From: Chiloscyllium plagiosum
Lineage: Eukaryota
Direction of reading: 5' to 3'
DNA: 64,000 bases
NCBI RefSeq assembly: GCF_004010195.1
Contig: NC_057753.1
Location: 8,910,806-8,974,805, forward strand
Made by a program: the position numbers and the translations under genes. A model generated the notes under the pieces. It ran no database searches and was not told the DNA's origin. It was given only the letters and a program-made list of their open reading frames with translations. Of this stretch, positions 1-13,253 are shown piece after piece (within the stretch, counting starts at the first letter, position 1; the number at the start of each line of letters is the position of its first letter).

Positions 1-235
1 TTTTGTTGTACATTGTGTGTGTTTTACCTGATTTTCTGTTGCTGTCATTTCCATTAGGGTGTGTGAATTCAGTACCAGATAATAGTCTCAGTTCTGAATT
101 ATCCTTGAGGATTGGTGTAGAACGTAGAAAGTGTCAGTCATAATGGAAGAAGCTCTACTGTTTATTTAACCCTTTGCTGTCATTGTCCTGGGACTGAATG
201 AATGGGGAAGTGTAGAGGCAGTTTTGCTCTGTATC
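1..235 (+). repeat. Direct paralog of 24548-24795
   Basis: Shared gattttctgttgctgtcatt...ggcagttttgctctgtatct. The second copy runs into the 500-N gap. Confidence 0.9.
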
Positions 236-1524
236 TCACCCAATGCTGTCTTTGTCTTTGCAGTGTTTGTTGGGGACAGTGTTGAGGTAGCTTCACTTTC
301 AATTTAAGTGTAGCGGAAGCTTTATTCTGATTGTAATCCCATGCTGTCCTTGTCCTGAGAGTGTGAGATGGCATCTGTAATTGAAGTGAATGCAGACTTG
401 CTGTGGGAGTGGAGGGGACTTCTACCTGAGCACACCCATCTTTGAGATTGCTGTGCTGATCAAGGCACTCTCAGACACCTTCATTCACTTTTCCAACCAA
501 CCACAGGGTGGTTAAAGATGGTATAAATGCAAGCATTGCCAGCGATGCCCACACCCCATGCATGAATAAATAATTTTTGTTTAAAAGTTACATTCACGTT
601 CCAAACTCTCTAATGTATGATTACTTCCATGGAAAATTCCTGTCTGTTTGGAATATCATTTTAAAACATAGGAATGTATCAACCATGTAGAAATATAACA
701 AGAACAACAAATGGAGAAGTTAACAGGTAATGAGCAGGACCAGAATGCTGAGTCAGTCTGACCTCCATGGCTGAGAGAGTTCTCCCAGATGTTGAAGTTA
801 CACCAGTGCCTTTTACTCTTGTAGCTTCCCCAAAAGTTTGTCCCCGATGTAAGATCATTCAATGACCCGAAGAACTAACTGTTTTTATCTCCATAGCTGC
901 TGCCAGACTTGCTGAGTAATTCCATCCCTTCTGCTTTGTTCTTTTATCGGATTTGAGCTTCCCTAAGTCAGTGTAATAAAGAACTGCAATGCTGGAGATC
1001 TGAAACACAAAAATGCACCAATTGCTGGAGAAACTCAACAGGACTGGATGCACAAGTGGAGAGAGAAGCAGAGTTAGCATTTCCAGTGCTGTGACCCTTC
1101 TTCACAACTGTTCTGGACGCAGGCCAGGATATTGACTCTGTTTCTTTCTCTCTGTCTCCACCGGTGTTGCCAGACCGGCTGAGATTCTCCAGCAGTTTCT
1201 GTTCTGACACTTTCACAAGGTTATCCATCCCTAAGTGCAAGGTGTTTTGCTTATGCCAATTCAGAGGGCAATTTAAGAGTCAACCACATTGCTGTGGGTC
1301 TGGAGTCACATGTAAACCAGACCAGGTAAGCATGGCAGTTTCCCTCCTGAAAGGACAATGGTGAACTTGGGCTTTTATGACAATTGGCGTCAGTGCCATC
1401 GATACCATACTGAGACTAACTTTGTGTTCTGCATTTATGATTTGAATTATTCACATCTCACCTCTTGCTGTGTTGGGATTTGAACTCATGTTCCCTGGAT
1501 TACTCATCCTGTGACATTACGACT

Positions 1525-2800
1525 ACACTGTTGTTTCCCATTCTTTGTTATTTTGTGTTTTGCTGTTTACGTCTTTGTCCTCTGATGTTTGGGAAATTGA
1601 ACCTGTTTGAAAGATTGCCCTAAACCTGCCCCTTTGACCAAGTGTTTGGTCACCTGTCCTAATCTGTGCTCCGCTCTTGTGATTTTTAAAGGAATTATCA
1701 TTATGTTCACGTGAAGTACTCTGAGATAGTTTACTATACAGGTGTCATTTGAATGCAGCTTGTATCCCTATCTTAATCAGGAACTAGGAGAAGACAGAAA
1801 TGAGGATGATTCCTTTTCTCGCTGAGGGTTGTGTGTCTTCCTCAAAAGGCAGTGGATTCAGAAATTTTTAGGCAGAGGTAGATAGGTTCTTGATAACCAA
1901 ATGGATGAAAGATTGTCGGGAATGTGCCTATTGGGAGCAGGCACATTGTAGCAATTGCAGTATTTTTTGTGTAAATTTTGTTGCTTCTTACTCAGTGTTG
2001 CTGAGAATCTTCTAAATAAAAACCAAAACACTTCTATTATTATCGCACCAATGGAAGTGTTGGTTTGGATGTAACATTGTTGAATTAGCCATTCCCATCT
2101 TTTCCAGAATTCTGTGTTTAAAGGCCTCGAGTCAGGTTTCCATCCCTGAAACAGTTCTTATCAAGGACACTGTTGTTTCCCATTCTTTGTTATTTTGTGT
2201 TTTGCTGTTTACGTCTTTGTCCTCTCATGTTTGGGAAATTGAACCTGTTTGAAAGGTTGCCCTAAACCTGCCCCTTTGACCACGTTTTTGGTCACCTGTC
2301 CTAATCTGTGCTCCGCTCTTGTGATTTTTAAAGGAATTACCATGATGTTCACGTGAAGCACTCTGAGATAGTTTACCATACAGGTGTCATTTGAATGCAG
2401 CTTGTATCCCTATCTTAATCAGGAACTAGGAGAAGACAGAAATGAGGATGATTTCTTTTCTCGCTGAGGGTTGTGGTTCTTCCTCAAAAGGCAGTGGATT
2501 CAGAATTTTGTAGGCAGAGGTAGATAGGTTCTTGCTAACCAAATGGATGAAACATTGTCGGGAATGTGCCTATTGGGAGCAGGCACATTGTAGCAATTTC
2601 TTGTGTTAATTTTGTTGCTTCTTACTCAGTGTTGCTGAGAATCTTCTAAATAAAAACCAAAACACTTCTATTATTATCGCACCAATGGAAGTGTTGGTTT
2701 GGATGTAACATTGTTGAATTAGCCATTCCCATCTTTTCCAGAATTCTGTGTTTAAAGGCCTCGAGTCAGGTTTCCGCCCCTGAAACAGTTCTTATCAAGG
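1525..2800 (+). repeat. Tandem duplication, ~640 bp x2
   Basis: 1525-2166 and 2167-2800 both run from acactgttgtttcccattc to cttatcaagg, with few substitutions. Confidence 0.95.
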
Positions 2801-3150
2801 TCATGTTTGACATCCTTTCTAATGGTGACAGGGATAAACATTCCCTCGTCGACCTGCGGACAGCCTTGATCAGGGTTAATGACAGTACTGACCCTCTCCT
2901 GCATCACTCTATCCTCTGGGAGGGTCTGCTTTTGGCGTCTTCCGTTCTGAGTTGTTTAACCGTAGCTGCTGGTGTTGGCATCTATACTGATGATATCCAA
3001 CTGTGCCTGAACACCACTTCTCTCCCGACTCCTCTGTCATTCATAATTTACCAATAATTTCTTCTGAATGTCTGCCCGATTTCCAGCATTGGATAACCAT
3101 AAACATTCCCTTTGTTAAATATTGTGAAGGGTGAAGCCATTGTTTTAGTC
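2770..3150 (+). mobile_element. Old L2/CR1-clade RT fragment
   Basis: ETVLIKV.FDIL..D and IYTDDIQL remnants. Confidence 0.55.
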
Positions 3151-3529
3151 CCCAAGTTCGACCTGAGCACCCACCCTCCCCCATCCCAGTAACTCTTCAT
3201 GTCACATTAAAACTAGGATCGATAGATCTGTGATCAGTCAGGGGATGAGCAGTTACAGGAAAAGGGCAGGAAAGTGGACATGGGGAATCTAAGGTCAGCC
3301 TCAATCCTACTGAATGGAGGAGCAGGCTCAAAGGGTTGAATGGCATTTTCCTATTCCTATTTCTTATGGTTCCCGAGCCCTTACCTCTGATACAGGGCCC
3401 TCGCTTCAGCATGTGCCATTACTGAGAGTGCTGATGTTCCCTTGTGTCATATCAACAACTTAGAGCTGCTAAAACCTTTTGGTCCTTTGTTACCTCTAAA
3501 CATAATATGCCAATGTGTTCTGTGGAGGC

Positions 3530-3772
3530 GATGGCCGACTTTATAGTCACCAGACTATTCACCCAAGTAATGTTCTGGGGACTTGGGTTCAAAACCTGCC
3601 ACGGCAGATGGTGGAATCTGAATTCAATATAAATCTGGAATTAAGAGTCTAATGATGAAACCGTTGTGATTTGTTGTAAAAACATATCTGGTTTCCTGCT
3701 GTCCGAACCTGATCTGATCTACATGTGATTTCAGATCCACTGTCAGCTGGTTGAATCTTCACTGCCCTTTCA
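3530..3772 (+). mobile_element. tRNA-derived SINE, DeuSINE-like; others at ~1260-1525(-) and 60598-60845(-)
   Basis: B-box-like gggttcaaaacc followed by ctacatgtgatttcagatcc...ggttgaatcttcactgccc, resembling the Deu-domain SINEs. Confidence 0.55.
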
Positions 3773-5181
3773 GCCAATTCTTAAAGCTCACCTTTTTTAA
3801 CTATGATGTTGCCAGAATGATTTATTCTGGCTGGGATTTTTTTCACTGGAGTGTGGAAGGTTGAGGGTGTTGGTTATGGAGGTTTATGAAGTCATGAGGG
3901 ACAAAGATAAGGTGAATAACCAGTGTCTTTTCCCGAAGGGTAGGGGAGTTCAAAATTTGGGAGTATATTTTTAAGATGAGAGGGAGAAGATTTAAAAAGG
4001 ACGGAGGTGGGGGGCAGCGTTTTTCACATTGAAGGTGGTTCGTGTGTAGAATGAACTGACAGAGGAAGTGGTAGATGCAGGTAATGTTACAATGTTTAAA
4101 ATTATTTGGATAAGTTCATATGAGCCAAACACAGGCAGGTGTGTCTAATCTTCCCCCCAGATATTCAATGGGACAGCCAGTCAGAGGGGGGCAGCGTCAC
4201 GCCTATCGTTGTTGTGTGGCATGTGTGACAGCTGCAACAAGACGTCCCAACTCCTGTGCTCAATGCTCTGACCAAGAAAAGCAAGCATGCCAAAAGCCTT
4301 CTTCACCACCTGTCTACCCACGACTCCATTTTCGAGGAGCTAATAACCCGCAACCCTAGATCTCTTGGTTCAAAATACTGCATATGAAGCAGATTTGGTG
4401 CTTGTTGATAGACGTTAATATTTGGTGCATATCTCTCCTCTAATTTGGTACCTTATACTGAATGCCATCACTGATGAAGTCCAATGTGCCAAATCCTGAA
4501 CTTTAAAATCCCTCTGTTCAACTACACTCAAGGTCCTACCATTCACCATGTAAATCCTACCTTGGTTTGACTATACAAAATGTAAGACCTCATACTTAGC
4601 TATATTAAACTCCATTTGCCAATAATTTTAAACTTATGCAATCTCGTTCCAGACTCTCCAACCCCAGGTAAAAGACCTTTCCTATTTACCCTATCCATGC
4701 CCTCATGATTTTATAAACATCTATAAAGTCACCCCTCACCCTTCAAAACTTCCGGGACAATGACCCCAGTCGATTCAGCCTCTTCCTGTAGCTCAAACCC
4801 TCCAACCCTGGAAGCATCCTTGTAAATGTTTTCTGAACCCTTTCAAGTTTCACAACCTCCTTCCTGGAGCAGAGAGCCCAGAATTGCATGCAGTATTCCA
4901 ACAGTGGTGTAATCAATGTCCTCTCTGAAGAGGACTTTAAAAAATATAACTACAAGCAAATCAGGTTAGTTGGGCATGACTTTCCCATAGCAATTTGTTT
5001 TGGCTGTTCCTCATTAATCTATGTTTTTTTTCAGTTTTGAGAAAATATTTTGTTGGATGTGATGATTGCGAGCACATCCAACATTTGCTCATTGTACCTC
5101 ATGGCCCTGGACAGACTAATTGTGACTACATGCTAGAAGGCAGTTGAGAGTCAACCACATTATAGTAGGTCTGGAGTCACA

Positions 5182-5183
<2 letters not shown>

Positions 5184-5218
<35 letters not shown>

Positions 5219-5260
5219 TGTGTGTGTGTGTCTGTGTGCACGCGTGTGCGCACGTGCATA
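5184..5260. repeat. (GT)n microsatellite
   Basis: Seen directly. Paralogs at 53810-53842 (short) and 58900-58984 (runs into gap). Confidence 0.95.
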
Positions 5261-8200
5261 CGTGCATGCAGGGTTCATGAATGATAGATTTCCTGCCTTA
5301 AAAAGGACAGTTTCTGGAGAAACACAATAGTTCTGGTAGCATCTATGAAGAGACAACAGTGTTCCTGCTTTGAGTCCAGTGGTCCTTCAAAACTTCGCTG
5401 GATTCAAAACATTAACTGGTTTCTCTCCACAGATGCTGCCAGACCTGCTGTGTTTCCCCAGCAATTTTGCATTTTGTTGCTGATCTCCAACATCTGCAAT
5501 TCATTATTTTAGTGAATAACTGTTTCCTGGTTGCCAGGACCGAGAGAAACTTTCACTTCCAGATCTTTTTATTAGTTGAACATAAATTCCACCAGAAGCC
5601 ATGATGGGATTTTAAATTGTGTTCTCAGAAAACCGAAATCTCTAGGTTGCTCAACCATCATCGCTAGATCCCAATCTTCCCTTCAAAGGCAACTTTCTCC
5701 TGTCTATTGTCCTATATTCATTCGTGGGAGATCGCACTTTGTCTCCCACTATTGTTCTGGTTAACATCAACTTCACATTCCCACTGTTTCCCCATTATCC
5801 TCAATTCCCTTTCTGATTTAAAAAAAAAAATCTTAGTTTTGAATGCACTTAACAATCCAGTCTCAACAGCTGTCCTAAACATGCAATCCCTTATTTGCAG
5901 GTTCTGCCCTTTGGTTCTAAACTCACCCACAAGGGTAAACTTTCCCACATCTAGCCTGTCACGTCTCCTCAGAATCTTGTTTGTGACAATAAGGTTACCT
6001 CGAAATCTTCTAACTTCTATTAACCACAGGCACAACCTATTCATTTCTCCTCATAAGACATTATTTCCACCCCTGATATCATCCTGGTCAACCTTCTCTG
6101 GACTGTCTCCAATGCCAGTATATCTTTCCTGAGCTAAAAGGCCGACAACTGTTCCCAGTGTTCAGTTCTGGCATAATTGGTGTCTTAATTACCTATTACT
6201 CACTGAACTTGGATGAAGTGTTCATGGATGCGAGCTTGCAAATCCTCCTATTCAGCAGCTTTCTCCATTTAACATTCAGCACTTTTCCTCCTGGCAAAGT
6301 GCACAACCTCATTTTCCCACATTCTATTCAATCGGCCAAGGTTTTGCTCATTTGCTTAACCTGTCGATATCCCTCTCCATGTCATCCTCACCACCTGCAT
6401 TCCAATCAACTGTCTCTACTGCAATCTTGGCAATAGTACATTCATTTCACATATCCAAGTAATTCATATACATATTGTAAATAATTTTGGTCCCAGCACT
6501 GATCCCTGTGGCACATTGCTAGTTACAAGTTGCGATCCTGAACATGCCCCTTACCCCTACTGCATCATTGGTTAGCCAATCATCTATCCATACGCTTAGA
6601 GTGTCTCCAATATCATGTGAATATCATTGGCTCTGCCAGCAAGTCTTCCCAAACCGTCCTTGAAAAGGTGATGGTGAGTTGCCTCTTAAATTGATTCACA
6701 AATATGATGTGGTCTATAATAAAGGTTCAGGAGCGAGTTCCAGGATTTTGATCAATAACATCAAAGTAATGCGTATATGTCACAGTTGGAATGTTGTGTT
6801 CACACTTATCTCCTCTTGGTGGTTGAAGTGATGGAGTGGAAGTTGCTTTTGAAGAGCTGTCGCTCATATAATCAAGCCAGACAGATCGATTGTGGCCAGA
6901 GACTCTGCCATTTTGACTTCTCATCAATCTACATTCTTTCCATCCAAGTTTTAGTCACATCAAACTGCCACGCAATGCTGTTATGGCCTCAGTAAACTAT
7001 AATAACGTTAAGATCGCTGGGATGATTTTCTACATCCGACTGCAATATAAACACAGATCACTGTTTCCAGTTTTGGTGGAACAAAAGACATCGTATTGGT
7101 GGATAATTGCAGTTAGTGCAAACACAGCTCGCCATCGATTAAATATTAATCCTGTTCACTTCAATGGCCAAATTTCAATTCAGAAACAAGTGCTGCTTGT
7201 AACATAGACAACATGACAAAATGGCTCATAGGAGGAGAAATGGGGCATTGAGGAGGAGTGAAATGTTTGCTTTTGGTCACCTCCACAATTGTTAGAAAAA
7301 CAGTTTGAAAGGATTCTTAAAATGTGGCTGAAGTAGTGATGTGGCATAACACTTCAGACAGCGCAAAGTGGAAGACCACTTTCTAGTGGAAGAAAAAGAC
7401 ATTTCTTATTTCTGAAGGAACTGGGAAAGAGACGAGGGGATGAAATCTGACTTGGGAGCTATTTCCTATTTGTTGAGGAAGTTGCTTTATCACAGTCTCG
7501 GTTTCGAGCATAAGCTCTCCACCAGGATTAAAGGGTTGCCCAAGGGGGCTGATAGATCAATGGGAAGGAAGTGGGGCAGGAGGGAAGGCAACAGGGAGTG
7601 CAACAGATAGATGGAGGTAGGGATTGATGGTGATAGATCAGAGATGAGGGTGGAGCAAATAGGTGAGAAGCAAGGTGGACAGGGCCTGCAGGTCAAGAGG
7701 TTGGTATCGAATTGGAAGGTTGGATCTGGGACAAGGTGGGGGAGAGGAAACTGATGAAATCTACATTGATCCCTTGTAGTTGGAGGGTCCCAAGGCAGAA
7801 GATGAGGTGTTTTTCCTACAAGCGTCGGGTAGCAAGAGTTTGGCAGTGGAGGAGACCCAGGACTTGCATGTCCTTGGTGGAATGGGAGGAGGAGATAAAG
7901 TGTTCAGCACAGGCGGTCGGTCGTTCAATGACCCAGAGCTGTTCGGTGAAACATTCTGCTTGTTGGCGTCCAGTTTCCCCAATGTGGATGAGACCATATT
8001 GCGAGCAATGGACATAATATTATAAATAGATTGCATAAATCTTAGCCTGCCGGAGTTATTTTCTTGAAGTAAATTAAAGAAAACTTTAATTAAATTGGGT
8101 GACTGCATGAAACGGTTTGATGGTCAGATTTGAATCATCACTCCCAAATGAGACAATGCCATGAATATCAGTGAACTGCTCTTTTGTTAAAAACCACAAG

Positions 8201-8768
8201 TTCTTTGTGTTTTCACAACTTATTGGTATTTACACCTGCACATTCAATGTAAAACTCTGACATCAGAAATGAAATTACATTTAATTTCAGCTTTAATTTT
8301 GACTTACAATATTCGAACAAACAAATTAATAGCACACAGTGAATACCAAGTCTGATCAATATGAAATTAAGCTTGACCAAAAAAAAATAAAATCAAGATG
8401 GGAGATAAGAAATGGGGGAAGGGCATAAGGCAAGAAATGCAGTATCATAGAGGGTGCTCCTCCAGGGAGTGTATTTCACGAACTACCACTGCTAAATATA
8501 AACACTCTGAGATGATCGTCCGATTTTAATGTAAACCATAGCCCAATACAGTAGGTACCATAGAAATGAATTAATAGATGCAAGTCTTGAGCAAATCCAG
8601 CCTCCAGCCTTAGCCCCCGCTTCTTGGAGCTCGGACCTTCCTCCAGCTCCGGGGAATTGCTGCTACTGCCACTCCTCCACTGAAGAAGCTTTCAGAAGCA
8701 GATGTAAAGGCAAGATACAGAACAGAGCACCTTTGCAAATGAAAGCAGCTTACAGAGACATTGAGCAA

Positions 8769-8840
8769 TAGCATCACATGGTTTTGACCCATCGACCTCT
8801 GGGTTATGTGACCAGCACATTCACGCAGCACTACTCTGCT
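8769..8840 (-). pseudogene. Initiator tRNA-Met(CAT) pseudogene
   Basis: rc AGCAGAGTAGTGCTGCGTGAATGTGCTGGTCACATAACCCAGAGGTCGATGGGTCAAAACCATGTGATGCTA matches the vertebrate tRNA-iMet body. Acceptor stem and B box are damaged. Confidence 0.85.
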
Positions 8841-9759
8841 TCTGGGCACCCAGCAACTGGATTGTGGATCAGTTTAAAGTAGGTCCTATATCTCTGATTA
8901 CATTGGTACACAAGGCAGTCAAGAAAGGTTTCAGCACACTGGCCTTCATCAATTAGGGAATAGAGTATAGATGTTGGCAAGTGATGTTGTAGTTGTACAG
9001 GACGTTGATGAGGCTGCACTTGGAATATTGCGATCAGTTTTGTCCCCTTGGTGTTCTGACTTCTGACTTCTTCAACTCTGGCTTTGTGTTGAACTTGATG
9101 GGATACTTTGTGCAACTCAGCATGTTTAAACAGTATCTCTCAGAGGGATTCATTTGAAACTTTTCAGGGGATTTGTTCAACAAGATTGAACTATTCAAAG
9201 TTACTTGGACTCTATTTTAAACTTCCATCAGGACCAGTAGTCAGAGACACGTACAACATGGAAACAAACCCTTCGGTCCAACTTTTCCATGCTGGCCTGA
9301 TATCCTAAATTAATCTAGTCCCATTTGACAGCACCTGACCCATATACGCTGGCAGCTCATTTCATATATGTACCACCCACTGCATGAACAAGTTGTCCCT
9401 TTAATATATTTCGCCTCTTACCCTACACCTATGCCCTCTAGTTCTGGACTCCCACATCCCAAGGAAAGGACCTTGTCTATTACCCTGTCCATGCCCCTCA
9501 TGATTTTGTAACCACTATTAGGTCACTCCTCTGCCTCCGATGCTCCAGTGAAAACAGCTGCATCCTATTCAGCCTCTCCCTGTAGCTCAAACCCTCCAAT
9601 CCCCAGCAACATTCCCGTAAATAGTTTCTCATGGAGAAGTTAACGTTTCAGTTCTGCAGAAGGGTTAATACCCAAAACACTGACTACTCCACATCCTGGT
9701 GCTGCCTGGCTTGCTGTATTCTCCCAACCTCCTGCTTGCCTACTTCGGGTTGCAATATG

Positions 9760-10062
9760 TAGTGGCTCAGTGGTTACCACTTCAGACTCACAGCGCCAGG
9801 GACCCAGGTTTGTTTTCAGCCTTGGGTGGCTGTCTGTGAGGAGTTTGCACTTTCTCCCAATGTCTGCGTGGGTTTTCTCTGGGTGGTCCTGTTTTCTTCC
9901 ATAAACCAAAGATGTGCAGATCATCTGGATGGGCCTTGCTTAATTGCCCATAGAGTTAGGTACATTAATCAGAGGGAAATGGGTCTGAATGGGTTCGTCT
10001 TCGGAGGGTCGGTGTGGACTTGTTGGGACAAATGGCCTGTTTCCACACTGTAGCTAATCTCA
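9760..10062 (+). mobile_element. Older HE1/V-SINE copy; others at ~19845-20150, 23780-24040, 36425-36715, 48985-49275, 57105-57400
   Basis: SINE head, V domain and ggcctgtttccacactgtag tail. Confidence 0.8.
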
Positions 10063-10599
10063 TCTGCACTACTTTTGTCACTAACGAATGGCAGAATAGA
10101 CTAAACAGGCCGAATGGCCTAACTTCTGCTCCGATGGTCTTGCGGTCTTAGGTTGCTCTGGATCATTTCATTGGCAGTGTGCAGTCCCGGGCTTAATGAG
10201 CAGCAATGTGCACTGAAAGCAAAACTCATAGGATCGTAGAACTCCTACAATGTGGAAATAGGTCCTTCAGCCCAACACATCTGCACTGATCTTCTGAAGA
10301 GTAACCCAATCAGATCCATTTTCCAACCCTCCATAAATTGCACACAGACCCCCAAGGGTGGAATTATTCCTGGGTTCCTGGTGCCATGAGGCAGCAGTGC
10401 TAACCCTCAGCCACCATGGGAGCTGAGATGATGGATAGATCAGCCATCATCTGAATGAATAGTGGAGCAGTCTCGCCTGTCCTCGGATGCTGCCTGAATT
10501 GCTGTGCTCTTCCAGCACCACTAATCCAGATCCTACTCTCCCACTGCACCAACTGTGAGAACTGGCAGCAAGTTCAGTTCTGGGGGGTGACCCAAGGAC

Positions 10600-11050
10600 G
10601 CATCACCAGTGGGATCTGATTGCTGGGAGCGCTGGTGCTTCCGCAAGTTGCAGGAAAACATGAACCTCTTCCCGCACTCAGGCCAACTGAAGGGCTTCTC
10701 CACGGTGTGGATACATTGGTGCTTCAGTCGGGTGGAGGAATTGCTGAAGGCCTTCCCGCACATAGGGCAACTGAACGACATCTGACCAATGGGCCAGTAG
10801 GTCGGAGGAAAGAGCAAAGCCATTCCTGCACTCGGGGCAGAAGAACAGCCTCTCCTCAGTGTGGATCCACTGGTGTCTCAGCAGGTGGGAAGAACTGCTG
10901 AAAGCCATCTCGCACTTGGGGCCAGAGATCAGCCTTCCCCGGTGTGGACCAACTGGTACGTCAGCAGGGCAGAGGAATCACTGAAGGCCTTCCCACACTC
11001 AGGGCAGTAGAAGGGCCTCTTCCCTCTGTGGACCCATTGGTGCTTCAGAA
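10600..11050 (-). pseudogene. C2H2 zinc-finger pseudogene (5'-truncated, frameshifted)
   Basis: [13 protein letters not shown] motifs are split across ORFs 10929-11204, 10678-10908 and 10533-10823. Confidence 0.9.
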
Positions 11051-12400
11051 TCCTTTCAAATTTCACAGTATCCTTCTGATAGGAGGGAGACCAGAATTGC
11101 ACACGATATTCCCAAAGTGATCTAACCAATGTCCTCTTCAGCCACAACATAACTTCCCAACTCCAATACTCAGTCAAAGGATTGCAAAAGCTTTCAAAAC
11201 ACACAAAAAAACAAACAGGAAAGAATGGTGGGACAAACCGAATTTTTGAAAGTCAGCTTAGAAGCATCAATGAGAAATCGGCGGACTGGGTTTATTGGGT
11301 ACCCGTTCTACTTAAATACACTATATACGTATTTCTCTTGTGTTCTTCGTAGTTTCTCTGAGCTGCAGTGTGTAGTGGCTCATTAAAATAATGTCCTGAT
11401 GCAGCTTCGTTTGTGGGTGTTGGGATGATTGCTTCTGTGGTTAAGCACTTGGTTTGTGCGTGTTGTTTTTCTGTAGACGCTAGTTTGAAGTTCCCCATTG
11501 ACTGTTCGCTCCACTGTGACATCTAGGAATGGCACTTTGTTGCTGTTCTCCTCCTCTTCAAACCAGAAGCCCCCCTCAGGCCATAGTCTCACTAATTGGA
11601 ACACCAATATACAGACTAGTCAAAGGCCTCCACTGAAGACTAAAACACCAAGTCAAGATTCACGCCACTCCAGTTACTCCATCCAAGAATTCCTGAACAC
11701 CAAAGACACCAAGATAGAAGAGGATGGAATAATGATGTCCTTTGACACAACAGCCCTATTCACATCCATTAACATCAACGTGGCCAAAGAAAACTGGAGA
11801 CACTACTCGAAGAACCAAAGACACAAACACAGCACCAACTTCATCAGCAAAGATAGCACTATCCAGCTCGTGGAACTGTGCCTTACCTCCCACTTCATAT
11901 TCAGTAACTAGCCCTACAAGAAAATGAACGAAATACCCATGATACCACCAGTATCAGGATTCCTAGCAGAAGCAATAATGCAGAGGCTCAAACAAACAGC
12001 TCTTCCAACGATCCAACCCAAACTTTGTTGTCCGCCACAGTGATGACACTTCTGTCATCAAAAAATGAAGCAAATTAGAGAAAACCTACAACACCTTCAA
12101 CAATATCCTTACTGGGATAAAATTCAAAAAGGAAAACAACAACAAAGTGCCATTTCAAATGTCACAGTCGAGCGAACAGTCAATGGTAAATTCAAAACAG
12201 CGTCTACAGGAAAACAACACACACGAACCAAGTACTTAGCTACAGAAGCAATGATCCCTCCACATACAAACAAGCCTGAATCAGGACACTATTTCAACGA
12301 GGCACGACACACTGCAGGAGCCAGTAACGACGAAGACCAATAAGTAACTGAACAGCGCATTTAAGGAGAATGGGTAGGCAAAAGATCCACTGATACTTGC

Positions 12401-12500
12401 TTCGCTGACCGGGAATCGAACGCGGGCGGCAGCGGTGAAAGCGCCGAATCCTAACCACCGAATCCTAACCACTAAATCCTAACCACTAGACCACCAGGGA
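12401..12500 (-). pseudogene. tRNA-Glu(TTC) pseudogene with internal D-arm triplication
   Basis: rc starts TCCCTGGTGGTCTAGTGGTTAGGATT. aatcctaaccac occurs three times; anticodon TTC. Confidence 0.9.
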
Positions 12501-12537
12501 GACAGCCGCGCCGTATGACAGATGTACTGAAAATTGC

Positions 12538-12578
12538 TTCCCTGCCCGGAAATCGAACCCAGGCCACGATCGTGAGAA
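12538..12578 (-). pseudogene. 3' half of tRNA-Glu(CTC); paralogs at ~46441-46468 and ~54828-54865 (+)
   Basis: rc reads CTCACGATCGTGGCCTGGGTTCGATTTCCGGGCAGGGAA, followed by gcaatttt. Confidence 0.8.
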
Positions 12579-13253
12579 GGCTTCCACCAATGTCATTGGT
12601 TGTATCCATTGCTCCCGATGCGGTCTCCTCTACATTGGGGAGAATGGAGACTCCTCGCAGAGTGAAGTCACAGCGCTTGAGGGAACATCTCCAGGACACC
12701 CGCACCAATCAACCCCATCACCCTCTGGCCCAACATTTCAACCCACCTCCCACTCTGCCGAGGACATGCAGGTCCTGGGCCTCCTCCATCGCCGCTCACT
12801 CCCCACCACATGCCTGGCGGAAGAACGCCCCATCTTCCGCCTCGGATAAATTCAACCCCAGGACATCAATGTAATGTGGACTTCACCAGTTTCCTCATTT
12901 CCCCTCCCCCCACCTTACCTCAGTTCCAACCTTCCAGCTCAGCGCTGTCCTCATGACCTGTCCTACCTGCCAATCTCGCTTCTCAACTGTCCGCACCACC
13001 CTCCCCTCTGACCGGTCACCTCCATCCCCACCCCCATTCAACTATTGTACTCTTTGCTACCTTCGGCCCAGCACACCCCACACCCAATTTATCTCGCCAC
13101 CCCTTGAAGTGTCCTGCCTCTATTCCTGATGAAGGGCCTTTGCCCGAAACGTCGATTTTCCTGCTCCTCGGAAGCTGTCTGACCTGCTGTGCTTTTCCAG
13201 CACCACTCTGATTTAAACTCTGGTTTCCAGCATCTGCAGTCCTCACTTTTGCC
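12579..13253 (+). mobile_element. 3' part of a second Penelope-like family (GIY-YIG remnant plus terminal region); related pieces at 7490-8000, 25296-25560, 45772-46420, 51000-51530, 63880-64000
   Basis: STNVIFCIHCSRC..IGET and LREHL..HF remnants. The terminal region carries a hammerhead-like motif. Confidence 0.75.
13122..13157 (+). ncRNA. Minimal hammerhead ribozyme motif (Penelope-associated)
   Basis: CTGATGA-AGGGC-CTTT-GCCC-GAAAC-GTC: catalytic boxes, stem II and a GUC cleavage triplet. Confidence 0.65.

Noticed and set aside
12401..12578. CRISPR-like repeat/variable-spacer pattern at tRNA-Glu loci
   Set aside because: Eukaryotic DNA, the repeats are tRNA genes, there are only two per locus, and no cas genes are present.
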